This document shows positions 1-7,870 of a DNA stretch of 54,602 nucleotides, piece after piece. Origin of the DNA: a virus. The translations under genes were made by a program, and so were the position numbers. The stretch covers positions 1-54,602 of the IMG/VR virus record IMGVR_UViG_3300011438_000003; one strand, 5' to 3'. Under the pieces are notes generated by a model. It saw nothing but the letters and a program-made list of their open reading frames with translations, did not search any database and was not told the DNA's origin. Position 1 is the stretch's first letter. Every line of letters begins with the position of its first letter.

Positions 1-123
1 CGTCTAAAGACAGTGATATATAGGGCGCAATGGGGATTTGGCGACACTGGCGACACTCGCGACACTCACGCATTGCTGGGCCCCCCTCTTTCGACGTAGA
101 GAACCGGGTGATATCGGGCATCA
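1..123. repeat. Terminal direct repeat copy 1 (identical to 54480-54602). End-overlap of a circular or circularly permuted 54,479-bp replicon
   Basis: The first 123 nt (cgtctaaagacagtgatatatagggcgcaatgg...gtgatatcgggcatca) recur exactly as the last 123 nt. Read directly. Confidence 0.95.
41..67. repeat. 3 x 9-bp tandem repeat GCGACACT(g/c). The same DNA is seen again at 54520-54546
   Basis: gcgacactg gcgacactc gcgacactc, read directly. It overlaps the helicase stop codon (66-68) and lies upstream of the terS-like gene on the circular map. Confidence 0.9.
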
Positions 124-1490
124 CTTTGCTGAACAGAACGGAGCTTCAGGGCATCCATCCGATTGGCAAAATTCTTTGACGATACGCAGCGATAGCCGTT
201 GCTGATAGTCCACTGTCGATAGGCTGAATAGAGGGTCGACGCGCGGGTGCCATTGGCTATGTTGGTGGGCAGCATCGGATCGTTCGGCCGCGTCGCCTCA
301 TCGACGAACATCGCGACACTGTCGCTGGCCCTTCGCCACTCGTTTACAGCGTCGGTAGAAGTCTGAGGTATCGTGTACCCACCTTGTCGCTGAAGTCGGG
401 CGGCCCCTTCAACCGCCCACGCTGCAATTCCAGCACGGTCGAGTGTCACGACATAACGCCCGATATCCTTCCGGCTACCCGGTGCGCGCTCCATGTCGCG
501 GGTGAATTTGACGATGAGGAAGCGGCGGAAGAACCCGTGGGAGAGATCGGCGGTGCTCGGCAGGAGGTTGGCCGAGAAAAGATGCCCGGCGACCGGGCGG
601 TGCTCGAACGGATCGCGGTGCTTGCGCTCGGTGTGGACCGGCTCTCCGGTAATGACGGACTTGAAGAGATCGCCGGATACGATTTCCTTCTCGGGGATCT
701 CGTCCACGATGTTGGCCAGGCAGCCGACGAGCTTGGCGATTTGGAAGCGCTCGCCCCACTGCTGCGGGGGTAAGGAGCATACGGTGCGCGGCGGGAAAAC
801 GGAGCGGATGATCTCCTCGGCCTGGCTCTTGCCGTTGCCGCCGGGCCCCTCGAACACGAGGCAGCGCTGATAGCTGGTCGCCTTGCCGATGAGGCACGCC
901 CCTGTAAATTCCTGGATCAGCATCACGCGGGCGGAGCGCTCTTCTTCGCTGGTGTCGGCGAAAACGTCATCCCAGAACTGATCGAGTTCGGGATGGAGCG
1001 CTCCGGGCTCGTAGTCGATATCGACGCGGTGCCTCGCGCGTTGGTCTGAGGTGTGGCGATGGGTGGTGATCTTGCCATCGCAGACCTCGACGAAACCGTT
1101 GTTGAAGGTGATGCCGGTGATGCCTTGATCGAAGAAGTTGGGGTTGGAGACGAGATCGCGAGCGAGTTTGATGGTGCCGCTGACCGTGCCAGCAGAGACC
1201 TTCAATCGTTTCTTGCCGCCCACAGACAAGCCGGCGAAGCTCTGCACGGTGCGGGAGAGCTCGGACTCGTCGATCTCGGTCCAGACGCCGGACGGCGGAT
1301 CGTATTCGCGGTAGGCGCCTTCGGAGTAGATGGGGGCGAGGTCCCCTGGACAGCGGGTGTCGATGAGTTTGGATGCGAGCTCGGCATCATCGCCGCGGAG
1401 CAGATCACCGAAGCCGAGGATCGGTGTATCGTCGAGTGGCGGGACGAGGCCGAGCGGCGGGGCATCTGTGGTGTCTGTAGTATCGGTCAT
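66..1490 (-). CDS. SF3 (D5 / P4-alpha C-terminal type) replicative helicase-NTPase, 474 aa
   Basis: Walker A 'VFEGPGGNGKS', Walker-B-like 'NIVDEIP', and a D5_N-like N-terminal region. ATG 1490 shares 1 nt with the stop of the upstream ORF. The 170-codon upstream extension of ORF 66..2000 is P/R/A-rich and overlaps the better ORF 1490..1987. Confidence 0.8.
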   Translation of the reverse strand: MTDTTDTTDAPPLGLVPPLDDTPILGFGDLLRGDDAELASKLIDTRCPGDLAPIYSEGAYREYDPPSGVWTEIDESELSRTVQSFAGLSVGGKKRLKVSAGTVSGTIKLARDLVSNPNFFDQGITGITFNNGFVEVCDGKITTHRHTSDQRARHRVDIDYEPGALHPELDQFWDDVFADTSEEERSARVMLIQEFTGACLIGKATSYQRCLVFEGPGGNGKSQAEEIIRSVFPPRTVCSLPPQQWGERFQIAKLVGCLANIVDEIPEKEIVSGDLFKSVITGEPVHTERKHRDPFEHRPVAGHLFSANLLPSTADLSHGFFRRFLIVKFTRDMERAPGSRKDIGRYVVTLDRAGIAAWAVEGAARLQRQGGYTIPQTSTDAVNEWRRASDSVAMFVDEATRPNDPMLPTNIANGTRASTLYSAYRQWTISNGYRCVSSKNFANRMDALKLRSVQQSDARYHPVLYVERGGPSNA

Positions 1491-1987
1491 CACGACGCTG
1501 GCTCCTGCCCACGCATGCGGGAGATAGCGGCGGTGAGGTTCTGGGCGGCGAGGGAGAGATCGGAGCCTGGCGAGCGGAGCAGCGCTTGGGCTTGGGCAAT
1601 GTGATCGAGCGCTGAGCGGCGCCATGAGAGCTCGACGACATGCATTGCGATCGGCTCGAGCTGGACTTGGGCCGGGGTATAGGTAACGAGCGCTTCGATG
1701 TCCGGGGAGAGCGTCGGGGAGCGGACATTGCGAGCCGCTAGCCAGTTGAGCGCGGCTGGGATGTCTGGCGGGTTCGTGGTGAGGAATTGGAAAAGCAGCC
1801 GGTGGAGAGGCGCGAAGAAGTGTTCCGGTTGCAGATAGGAAGGGGTGACGATGCCACTCCACGCCGATGAGATGAGCGCTCGTTCGGCATGGAGATCGTA
1901 GGGAGGGCTCGGCGGTGGATCCGCGGTGAGCATGATCCCAGCGCGTAGCTCCTCGCGCACGATGGTCGCTAGTTCGGTTCGCGTCAT
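1490..1987 (-). CDS. Stand-alone DnaB N-terminal-domain-like protein, 165 aa
   Basis: 'HAERALISSAWSG...PEHFFAPLHRLLFQFL' resembles the helical N-terminal domain of DnaB-family helicases. No P-loop. The stop is coupled to the helicase start. Confidence 0.55.
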   Translation of the reverse strand: MTRTELATIVREELRAGIMLTADPPPSPPYDLHAERALISSAWSGIVTPSYLQPEHFFAPLHRLLFQFLTTNPPDIPAALNWLAARNVRSPTLSPDIEALVTYTPAQVQLEPIAMHVVELSWRRSALDHIAQAQALLRSPGSDLSLAAQNLTAAISRMRGQEPAS

Positions 1988-2376
1988 GGAGGCGGAGCAC
2001 GGCGATCCTGGTTGGGGCGGGATTGGCGGGCGTGAGCTAGAACCGAGCGAGCGTCATCGACGGAGCGGACGACCTCGTAGATGCCGCCGAGTTCACGAAC
2101 GACGCGCGCCCAGTTGATTTGGTCGTCGCTCTGTTTCGAGCCGGGGCGATGTGTTTTGACTTCTAGGGCGACGAGTCGACCGAGCGGGGCGAGGATCCCG
2201 ATGATGTCGGCGGAGCCGGGGGCGAGACCGAACCGGACCAAGCGCCCAGTAGAATCGTAGAGGGCACCGGTTGAATTGCGCCAGACACGGAAGTCTGACT
2301 CATTGCCCAAAGCGAGAAGGATCTCCTTGAGTAAAGGAGCCTCGCGCTGCGGCTTCTTTAGGTGATCGGCAGTCAT
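1984..2376 (-). CDS. VRR-NUC family (D/E)xK nuclease, 130 aa
   Basis: 'GSADIIGILAPLGRLVALEVKT' matches the GxxD...ExK core of VRR-NUC. ATG 2376 sits in an ATGA overlap with the helicase stop. The upstream 19 codons of ORF 1984..2433 are rejected. Confidence 0.7.
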   Translation of the reverse strand: MTADHLKKPQREAPLLKEILLALGNESDFRVWRNSTGALYDSTGRLVRFGLAPGSADIIGILAPLGRLVALEVKTHRPGSKQSDDQINWARVVRELGGIYEVVRSVDDARSVLAHARQSRPNQDRRAPPP

Positions 2377-3650
2377 CTGACCTCCGCGCCTGGCCAATGC
2401 CGGTAGCGAATTTTGTACTGCACAGCGGGCCACTTGGGCGAGTAGCCGCGCGCCGCAGCGGTAGCGACGAGCGCTTGGTAAGTGCGCTTCTTCTCAGCAA
2501 CGGTGTGGGTCGCTAGAACTTTTTGGATCTGCTCCCTTCGGATGCGAGGGTCAGGTTTGCCCTTGCTGCGAGCTCCGCAGCTTGGGCACGTGGCGTCGTG
2601 GTACTCAACGGCGCGGAATACTCTTTGGCAGGAGCGGCACTGGCGGATGGCTTCGGTGACATCGCCCCCCGTGGAAATCGCCTTACCTTCTAGGCTGTAA
2701 GAGCGGTCTTCGTCCGGCATGCCGTGCAGGTAGACGGAGCCGCGTAGATCGATCACTACGGCGCGGAGCTTGCCGGGGTAGGGGCGGACGATCCGGCCGA
2801 TGCGTTGAATCCACGCGCCTGGGGTAGAGACGCCGGTGCAGATGATGGCGCACGAGACGCTAGGATCGTCGTAGCCCTCGGTGAGTAGTTGAACGTTGGT
2901 AAGGATCAGTAGTTCGCCAGAGCGGTGCGCAGCGAGCCGAGCCGCCCTGAGTTCTTCCGGCATCTTCCCGTCAACGCAGCCCGCGGGGATGCCGGCGTCA
3001 CGGAAGTCGTCGGCTACTTGCTGCGCGTGCTTGACGTCGCGGCAGAAGACGATCGCTTTCTGTCCGGGCGCGTGTTGCTGATAAGCCTTGACCGGGTGCT
3101 CCGACATAGCGCGGGTAGGGCCCGCTGGAGCGATCACGTCGCACGGGACGAGGAACCCCGCAGCGATGAGCTCGCGGGGTTGCGCAGCCGTAACAAGAGC
3201 GTCGGCCAGGTTGCCGAGGGCCGCGCCGTCTCCGCGCTCGGGGGTGGCGGTAAGGGCGAGGGTTGGGCCTGTGCGCGCGGGGGCAATGGCTGGCGACCAT
3301 TGCTCTGTGCCGTAGAGGTGATGACATTCGTCGAGCACGTACCAATCCGCGCCGATGGGGATGTGGCCGCCTTGGACCATACAGAACCGCACGCGGGGGC
3401 CGCCGAAGAGCATCGCGTTCATCGCTTGCTCGAGTAGTTCTTGACGGTGTGCTACCCAAACGCCGATGCCAGCTGGAGCTCGTTGCCGCATCGCCCACTC
3501 GACCGCCGTGGTGGTCTTACCCGAACCAGTTGGCGCAACGAGGCACACGGTGCGAGCACCGCGCAAGCGTGCGGCTTCGTCCTTGGCGAGCGCTTCCACC
3601 TGGTACGGCCGGAGCTCGCGCGGGGCGGGGAGGGACTGCGCGGAGGTCAT
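2373..3650 (-). CDS. DEAD/DEAH-box SF2 helicase with a C-terminal Zn-ribbon, 425 aa
   Basis: Motif I 'APTGSGKT', motif II 'DECH', motif III 'TATP', motif VI-like 'QRIGRIVR', and 'CRSCQ...CPSCG'. Confidence 0.85.
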   Translation of the reverse strand: MTSAQSLPAPRELRPYQVEALAKDEAARLRGARTVCLVAPTGSGKTTTAVEWAMRQRAPAGIGVWVAHRQELLEQAMNAMLFGGPRVRFCMVQGGHIPIGADWYVLDECHHLYGTEQWSPAIAPARTGPTLALTATPERGDGAALGNLADALVTAAQPRELIAAGFLVPCDVIAPAGPTRAMSEHPVKAYQQHAPGQKAIVFCRDVKHAQQVADDFRDAGIPAGCVDGKMPEELRAARLAAHRSGELLILTNVQLLTEGYDDPSVSCAIICTGVSTPGAWIQRIGRIVRPYPGKLRAVVIDLRGSVYLHGMPDEDRSYSLEGKAISTGGDVTEAIRQCRSCQRVFRAVEYHDATCPSCGARSKGKPDPRIRREQIQKVLATHTVAEKKRTYQALVATAAARGYSPKWPAVQYKIRYRHWPGAEVR

Positions 3651-3820
3651 GCCGTCTCCTTCTGCAAATCCTTCATTTCACACTCCTCGCTGCAGTAGAC
3701 CTTCGTCAGCCGGTCGCTGTAGTACGGGCCGAGCGGATCGGAGCCGTGCCGCCACCCCACGCCGAACGGCGCGCGGAGGCCGCACAAAGCGCACCGGGAT
3801 GGACGCTGCGGGGCGATCAT
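3647..3820 (-). CDS. Small Zn-ribbon protein, 57 aa
   Basis: 'CALCG...YCSEEC'. ATGA overlaps at both ends (3817-3820 and 3647-3650). The upstream part of ORF 3647..4084 is R/A-rich and overlaps ORF 3817..4107. Confidence 0.5.
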   Translation of the reverse strand: MIAPQRPSRCALCGLRAPFGVGWRHGSDPLGPYYSDRLTKVYCSEECEMKDLQKETA

Positions 3821-4107
3821 GCGGACGCACCGCGGAAGTGATGGCGCTGCAATGGACCGCGCGCCTTGTTTGCCTCGACGCGAAGGCAGCCGCAGCTGCG
3901 CCCCTTGCCCTTCGTGAACTCGAAAGCCCGCACGCGAGCGGCGCCGCCGCAGTCGCAGGAGCAAAGCCAAATGACATTGCGGTAGGCATCGACGCCAACG
4001 GGCTTGAGTGCAATCAGCCGGCCACGGCGCTGACCCGTGAGGTCGACGCGGTGACCAGATCGGCGCGACGCGAGCCGCTGCCACTCTTCGAGGGTATAGT
4101 GCCTCAC
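3817..4107 (-). CDS. Zn-ribbon 'module A' protein, a paralog of the N-terminus of 5068..5778, 96 aa
   Basis: 'GQRRGRLIALKPVG...VIWLCSCDCGGAARVRAFEFTKGKGRSCGC' parallels 'RRRFGSLVVLRRSG...VWLCVCDCGKQVETRGASLRNGTTKSCGC' in 5068..5778. Confidence 0.6.
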   Translation of the reverse strand: MRHYTLEEWQRLASRRSGHRVDLTGQRRGRLIALKPVGVDAYRNVIWLCSCDCGGAARVRAFEFTKGKGRSCGCLRVEANKARGPLQRHHFRGASA

Positions 4108-4108
4108 G

Positions 4109-4432
4109 CTATCGGCGCTCCGCCAACGAAAGCTGTCGAGCGTCCGGCTGAATGCGCGTTTTGCTCGGATACTTCTTGCTGCGCGATGGTTTCGGCGCGG
4201 TCGGCTTCAGTCCAAGGTCGCCGCAAAACGCCTCCGTGTCGTCGTCCGACAATCGCCACGGACCCCGCGGCGAACCGACCTCTCGACCGGTGAGCGCCGA
4301 GAACAGGAGCACACCGTTGAGCGGCCACACCACCGACACCTTGCTGGTCTTGCCGTTCTTGCCCGACCGGATCAGCTCGCCAGTTAGCCCGAGCTTCTGC
4401 CCCCCCCCACGATGGATTAGAGTTACTTTCAT
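4109..4432 (-). CDS. Hypothetical protein, 107 aa
   Basis: ATG 4432 is preceded by a GGGAG SD (gaagggagcaacaaATG). ATGA overlap with the upstream ORF. Confidence 0.6.
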   Translation of the reverse strand: MKVTLIHRGGGQKLGLTGELIRSGKNGKTSKVSVVWPLNGVLLFSALTGREVGSPRGPWRLSDDDTEAFCGDLGLKPTAPKPSRSKKYPSKTRIQPDARQLSLAERR

Positions 4433-4629
4433 TTGTTGCTCCCTTCGGTCCACGGAATCCGCTCACGCTCGTCTTCGTGCTGCCCGGCGTGGTCTTTTGG
4501 TAGCGTGCAGAGCAGCGGCGACCAATCGATGCCCGGCGCAGCCTTCGGCCACACTGGCGAGAACTCGTAGCGCGCACGGCAAGCGTCGAGCGGGATCAGC
4601 GCGAGTTTGAGTTGCCCGGGTGACGTCAT
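4429..4629 (-). CDS. Hypothetical protein, 66 aa
   Basis: Internal ATG of ORF 4429..4728. ATGA overlaps at both ends. Confidence 0.5.
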   Translation of the reverse strand: MTSPGQLKLALIPLDACRARYEFSPVWPKAAPGIDWSPLLCTLPKDHAGQHEDERERIPWTEGSNK

Positions 4630-4874
4630 CTCCCCGCCCTCTCCCGCGCCGCGAGCCGACGAACCGCGCGAGCGCAATCCATCGTTGCAGCGGCACCATC
4701 GCCCAGCGGGGCTGGCTCGGACTCGCACGCCATTGCGGCGGCTTCGATGGCGTCAGACTGCACGGCTTGAACGGCATTCAGCAGCACGTCGATAAGCTTG
4801 GACTCGTCGACGCTTTGCTGAATGGCCATCGCTTGCGCGATCTGGACAGTCCACGCCTCGGCAGTTTTCATCAT
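4626..4874 (-). CDS. Hypothetical protein, 82 aa
   Basis: ORF in operon register. ATGA overlaps at both ends. Confidence 0.55.
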   Translation of the reverse strand: MMKTAEAWTVQIAQAMAIQQSVDESKLIDVLLNAVQAVQSDAIEAAAMACESEPAPLGDGAAATMDCARAVRRLAARERAGR

Positions 4875-5080
4875 CGCTTTCCAGCCTTCGCCCGCGTCAT
4901 CGCGCGGACCACGAGGCGCTGCATCATTGCCTTGTGGTCAACCAAGAGCCGACGAACCAGCTCGCCCTGTGGGACACGAAACTGCTTCGAGTTTTCGCGC
5001 AGCCACGCCACGACGTCGGGATCGCATGGGATGCTGAGCATGACCTTCTTCTTTTTCGGAGCTGTGGTCATCGGCGGCAC
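4871..5080 (-). CDS. Putative ribbon-helix-helix (Arc/CopG-like) DNA-binding protein, 69 aa
   Basis: Basic N-terminus 'KKKK', then a beta-strand-like 'VMLSIP' and two helices ('DVVAWLRENSKQF', 'QGELVRRLLVDH'). Confidence 0.45.
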   Translation of the reverse strand: MPPMTTAPKKKKVMLSIPCDPDVVAWLRENSKQFRVPQGELVRRLLVDHKAMMQRLVVRAMTRAKAGKR

Positions 5081-5778
5081 CTCTCAAGAATGGGGGAAGT
5101 AATGGCTCTCTCCGTTGACCACCCTCGCTCTAACCTTGCGGCGATAGTGTCCGATGGAATTCCAGCGAACTCTGACCATGCCGACAACGGCATTGACCGA
5201 CCGTCGTGTTCAATGAGTCGATTGGTTCTCTTATTGCGGCCCTGCTGGATATTCGTGGCCCATCGGACATTCCCGGGCTCATAGTTGCCGTCGTTGTTGG
5301 GAAATCGATCTAGCGAATGCGCTGGCGTCGGCTTGCGCCCCACGTCAGCGAGGAACGCTGCGAAGTCGTTGCGCCAACGAGGGGCTACCCTAATCCCGCG
5401 CAGACCATAATTGGGGTAGCTGAGATGCGTCTTGCGATAGCAACGGTCCAGCATTCCGCGCCACGCAAGGTATTCCGGGCTAAGCCCACGAATAGCCCCG
5501 CCGTGCTTCACGTTGGCAGCCGAACACATGGCACCTTTTCGACACCCGCACGACTTAGTCGTACCGTTGCGCAGACTGGCGCCGCGTGTCTCGACCTGTT
5601 TCCCGCAGTCGCAGACGCATAGCCACACGGGCCAAGTATGGCTCCCCTTGGCACCTGTGCCGCTCCTGCGGAGCACAACCAACGAGCCGAATCGGCGGCG
5701 AGACATATCTATTGCCGGCATCATCGTGGCCACCAAAGCAGCGTGTGATCGACTTTGCTGTTGGCTCTCATGGCTCAC
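5068..5778 (-). CDS. Three-module DNA-binding protein (Zn-ribbon module A, degenerate HNH/AP2-like module B, C-terminal HTH), 236 aa
   Basis: Module A: 'WLCVCDCG...SCGC'. Module B: 'WRGMLDRC...YGLRGIRVAPRW...FLADVGRKP...SLDRFPNNDGNYEPGNVRWAT..QQGRNKR'. HTH: 'PLSAWSEFAGIPSDTIAARLERGWSTERAI'. This architecture is common in phage early regions. Confidence 0.65.
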   Translation of the reverse strand: MSHESQQQSRSHAALVATMMPAIDMSRRRFGSLVVLRRSGTGAKGSHTWPVWLCVCDCGKQVETRGASLRNGTTKSCGCRKGAMCSAANVKHGGAIRGLSPEYLAWRGMLDRCYRKTHLSYPNYGLRGIRVAPRWRNDFAAFLADVGRKPTPAHSLDRFPNNDGNYEPGNVRWATNIQQGRNKRTNRLIEHDGRSMPLSAWSEFAGIPSDTIAARLERGWSTERAITSPILERCRR

Positions 5779-6064
5779 TCCATCCGCGGACCACTGCCGC
5801 CAGCACTTCGAGGCTCGGGTTCGCGGCTACCGCCTGAGCGGCAACCCGGCGGGCTTCAGTGAGAGCGGCGAGCAGCGCCGGCACATCGGTCCTGGCGGCA
5901 GCGATAAACTCGGCATTCTGCCCATCGTCGCACTGCGCGAACAGGTAGCCGGTGCCGTCGAGAATGACGCGCGAGCCAGAGCCAACGGCGGGGGCGTCTC
6001 GCCACGGACCCGGCGTTGCGCCGGTGATGCGCTGGAGAATCTTCGAAAGATCGGCGCACGTCAT
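5768..6064 (-). CDS. Ead/Ea22-like family protein, 98 aa
   Basis: 'ATPGPWR' and 'NAEFIAAARTDVPALLAAL' are the signature stretches of Ead/Ea22-like phage proteins. ATG 6064 sits in an ATGA overlap. Confidence 0.6.
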   Translation of the reverse strand: MTCADLSKILQRITGATPGPWRDAPAVGSGSRVILDGTGYLFAQCDDGQNAEFIAAARTDVPALLAALTEARRVAAQAVAANPSLEVLAAVVRGWSEP

Positions 6065-6267
6065 GAGTGCGCCCCGTGCAGCTTCGCGAACTCCGCCGCG
6101 GGCGGTGTCATCGAGCGAGCGTTGTCGAACGGCGGCAGGTAGCGCCGAGCACCGCAAGGACAAGACAGCACCGTGCCCAACATGTCGTCCGCCATCGCGC
6201 GGAGCGTGGCGTTCAGCTCGATGCGCGAGAGCGCGAGCTGCAGCTTTTCAACATCGAGCGTCGTCAT
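6061..6267 (-). CDS. Hypothetical protein, 68 aa
   Basis: Internal ATG of ORF 6061..6414. ATGA overlaps at both ends. Confidence 0.5.
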   Translation of the reverse strand: MTTLDVEKLQLALSRIELNATLRAMADDMLGTVLSCPCGARRYLPPFDNARSMTPPAAEFAKLHGAHS

Positions 6268-6455
6268 CGCGCCAACTCCTCTCGAGTGAGCGGACAACAG
6301 AGCGTCACGTCGTCGAGCTGGCGCACTTCCGCCTGCCCGGCTGGGCACACGAACCTTTCGCCGGTGAGCCCATAGTGCAGATGACAGCGTGGGGTGGTCG
6401 CCGGCTGGGCGCACGCGAGCGCGAAGACGGCGGCGAGGAGGGCGAGGCGGGTCAT
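6264..6455 (-). CDS. Small predicted lipoprotein, 63 aa
   Basis: 'MTRLALLAAVFALAC' gives a signal peptide plus lipobox (FALAC). ATGA overlaps at both ends. Confidence 0.55.
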   Translation of the reverse strand: MTRLALLAAVFALACAQPATTPRCHLHYGLTGERFVCPAGQAEVRQLDDVTLCCPLTREELAR

Positions 6456-6715
6456 GCTGACTCCCGGTGCTTGTGTGGAATGACGAGAGCGCAGCCGACT
6501 ACGCCACAACTACCGGCCGGCGCGCTAATGCCGGGAGGCTTAAGAGGCAGTGGGGTTGCCAACAACGCGGCGGCTTTCTCGGTCCCGGTGGTGGGCTTCG
6601 TCGAGAACTGATCGACGTCGCTAAGCCGCACGTTCTTCTGCATCGCGGCTGCGGCAGGCTTGGCGGGATACGTTCGCCAGGCTTGCCCCGGCGGCTTTTT
6701 GGTGGGCGTGCTCAT
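6452..6715 (-). CDS. Hypothetical protein, 87 aa
   Basis: ORF in operon register with ATGA overlaps. Confidence 0.5.
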   Translation of the reverse strand: MSTPTKKPPGQAWRTYPAKPAAAAMQKNVRLSDVDQFSTKPTTGTEKAAALLATPLPLKPPGISAPAGSCGVVGCALVIPHKHRESA

Positions 6716-6936
6716 CGGCAGCGCCTTTCGATCGCAACGTCCTCAGCGCTCACGCCCGAAAGGCGCATGCAGCGAAGACACGAGCCGGTCTCGTTCTCGT
6801 TCTCGTTGTACGACCAGATCCACCGTTTCCCGTCGACGTGGTACGCCTGCCCGCAGAGCGTGAGTCCTCGCGGCTTTACATTGCGCGACACGTGGACCGT
6901 GCCGGTCGCGATGCGCTGGAGAGTGCCGCCCGTCAC
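6712..6936 (-). CDS. Hypothetical protein, 74 aa
   Basis: ORF in operon register with ATGA overlaps. Non-biased composition ('WIWSYNENENETGSCLRC'). Confidence 0.55.
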   Translation of the reverse strand: MTGGTLQRIATGTVHVSRNVKPRGLTLCGQAYHVDGKRWIWSYNENENETGSCLRCMRLSGVSAEDVAIERRCR

Positions 6937-7157
6937 TTCCGCCTCGCTTTCGCCGCAGCCTTGAGCAGCTCAACTGCCGCCATGAGGCAGCGTGCGTCGG
7001 TGCGGTGGCGGATGCGCTCTTCAACGTCGACGTCGATGACGCCCCAGTTTGCCGACGACTTCGCTTCGTCGCGGAAGAAGTGCAGCGCCGCACGACGGGC
7101 GACGACCGGCATCGCACGCCACCGCTTGATCGCTTGCGCGAGGGTCGGTGGCTTCAT
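6933..7157 (-). CDS. Hypothetical protein, 74 aa
   Basis: Internal ATG 7157 of ORF 6933..7406, in an ATGA overlap with the stop of 7154..7915. Confidence 0.5.
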   Translation of the reverse strand: MKPPTLAQAIKRWRAMPVVARRAALHFFRDEAKSSANWGVIDVDVEERIRHRTDARCLMAAVELLKAAAKARRK

Positions 7158-7870
7158 CGCCGCACCGCCTGACTTGCGAGCTCGACGAGCCATTGAGCGA
7201 GCGCCGGAGGCGTGCGACGACGTTGCTGCGCGGAGCAAACCTTGATGCCTGGCGGCACAAACCCGCCTGAGCCTTTGCGCGGATGCGGGCCCATGCCAGA
7301 TGCCCAATGCGTCGGAGTACCGCCGAATCTCAGCCCGTCGATCACTGCCTGGTACTCGATGCCTACGAAGTAGAGCCACGTTTTTTTGCGAGCAACATGG
7401 CCCCAAGAGACCTGCTCCACCTCAACACTGAACCCGCCGTCGGGGCCCTCGTAGTTGAGGGCATACGGTTCGGGAACCCCCATGCGCTCCCACAATTTGG
7501 AGCCGCGAGGCTGCTCGAGTACACCGCCCCACATGCGAACTTGCTCGACGGCGCGCGGACCACAGTCGGCGTCGTCTCGTTGATTCAAGTGTCGCAAGTT
7601 GCCCCAAGCGCCACACGGCGGATGCGCCACGACCGGCCACGGCCCATCGTAGGTCTTTGCGTCTCGAGCCTCGTCCCACCAATGCTCGACCAACGCGGGG
7701 TACGGACCGCGCGGATCGACGTAGAGCGCTGCAACGTTCGACACCTTCGACACGGCTAGCGCGCTCACAGCCGCCTCAGATCTCGCCGCTCCGCCCGCGT
7801 CGGCGCGATGCAGAACGAAAGGCAGACCGCTACGATGACGAGGGCGATCACGTGCCCACCCGCTCGCCAT
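7154..7870 (-). CDS. Hypothetical protein with C5-methyltransferase-like 'PPC' motif. Start uncertain (ATG 7870 or GTG 7768)
   Basis: 'VVAHPPCGAWGNL' (motif IV-like), 'VLEQP' (ENV-like), 'ARKKTW' (QxRxR-like), 'RRTPPALAQWLVELA' (motif X-like). No clear FxGxG SAM motif. Confidence 0.5.
   Translation of the reverse strand: MASGWARDRPRHRSGLPFVLHRADAGGAARSEAAVSALAVSKVSNVAALYVDPRGPYPALVEHWWDEARDAKTYDGPWPVVAHPPCGAWGNLRHLNQRDDADCGPRAVEQVRMWGGVLEQPRGSKLWERMGVPEPYALNYEGPDGGFSVEVEQVSWGHVARKKTWLYFVGIEYQAVIDGLRFGGTPTHWASGMGPHPRKGSGGFVPPGIKVCSAQQRRRTPPALAQWLVELASQAVRR

Noticed and set aside
66-2000. Full 644-aa ORF as the helicase gene
   Set aside because: The first 170 codons are P/R/A/S-rich (typical wrong-frame GC-rich translation). 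They fully overlap the better DnaB-N-like ORF 1490..1987. A clean ATG at 1490 is stop-start coupled.
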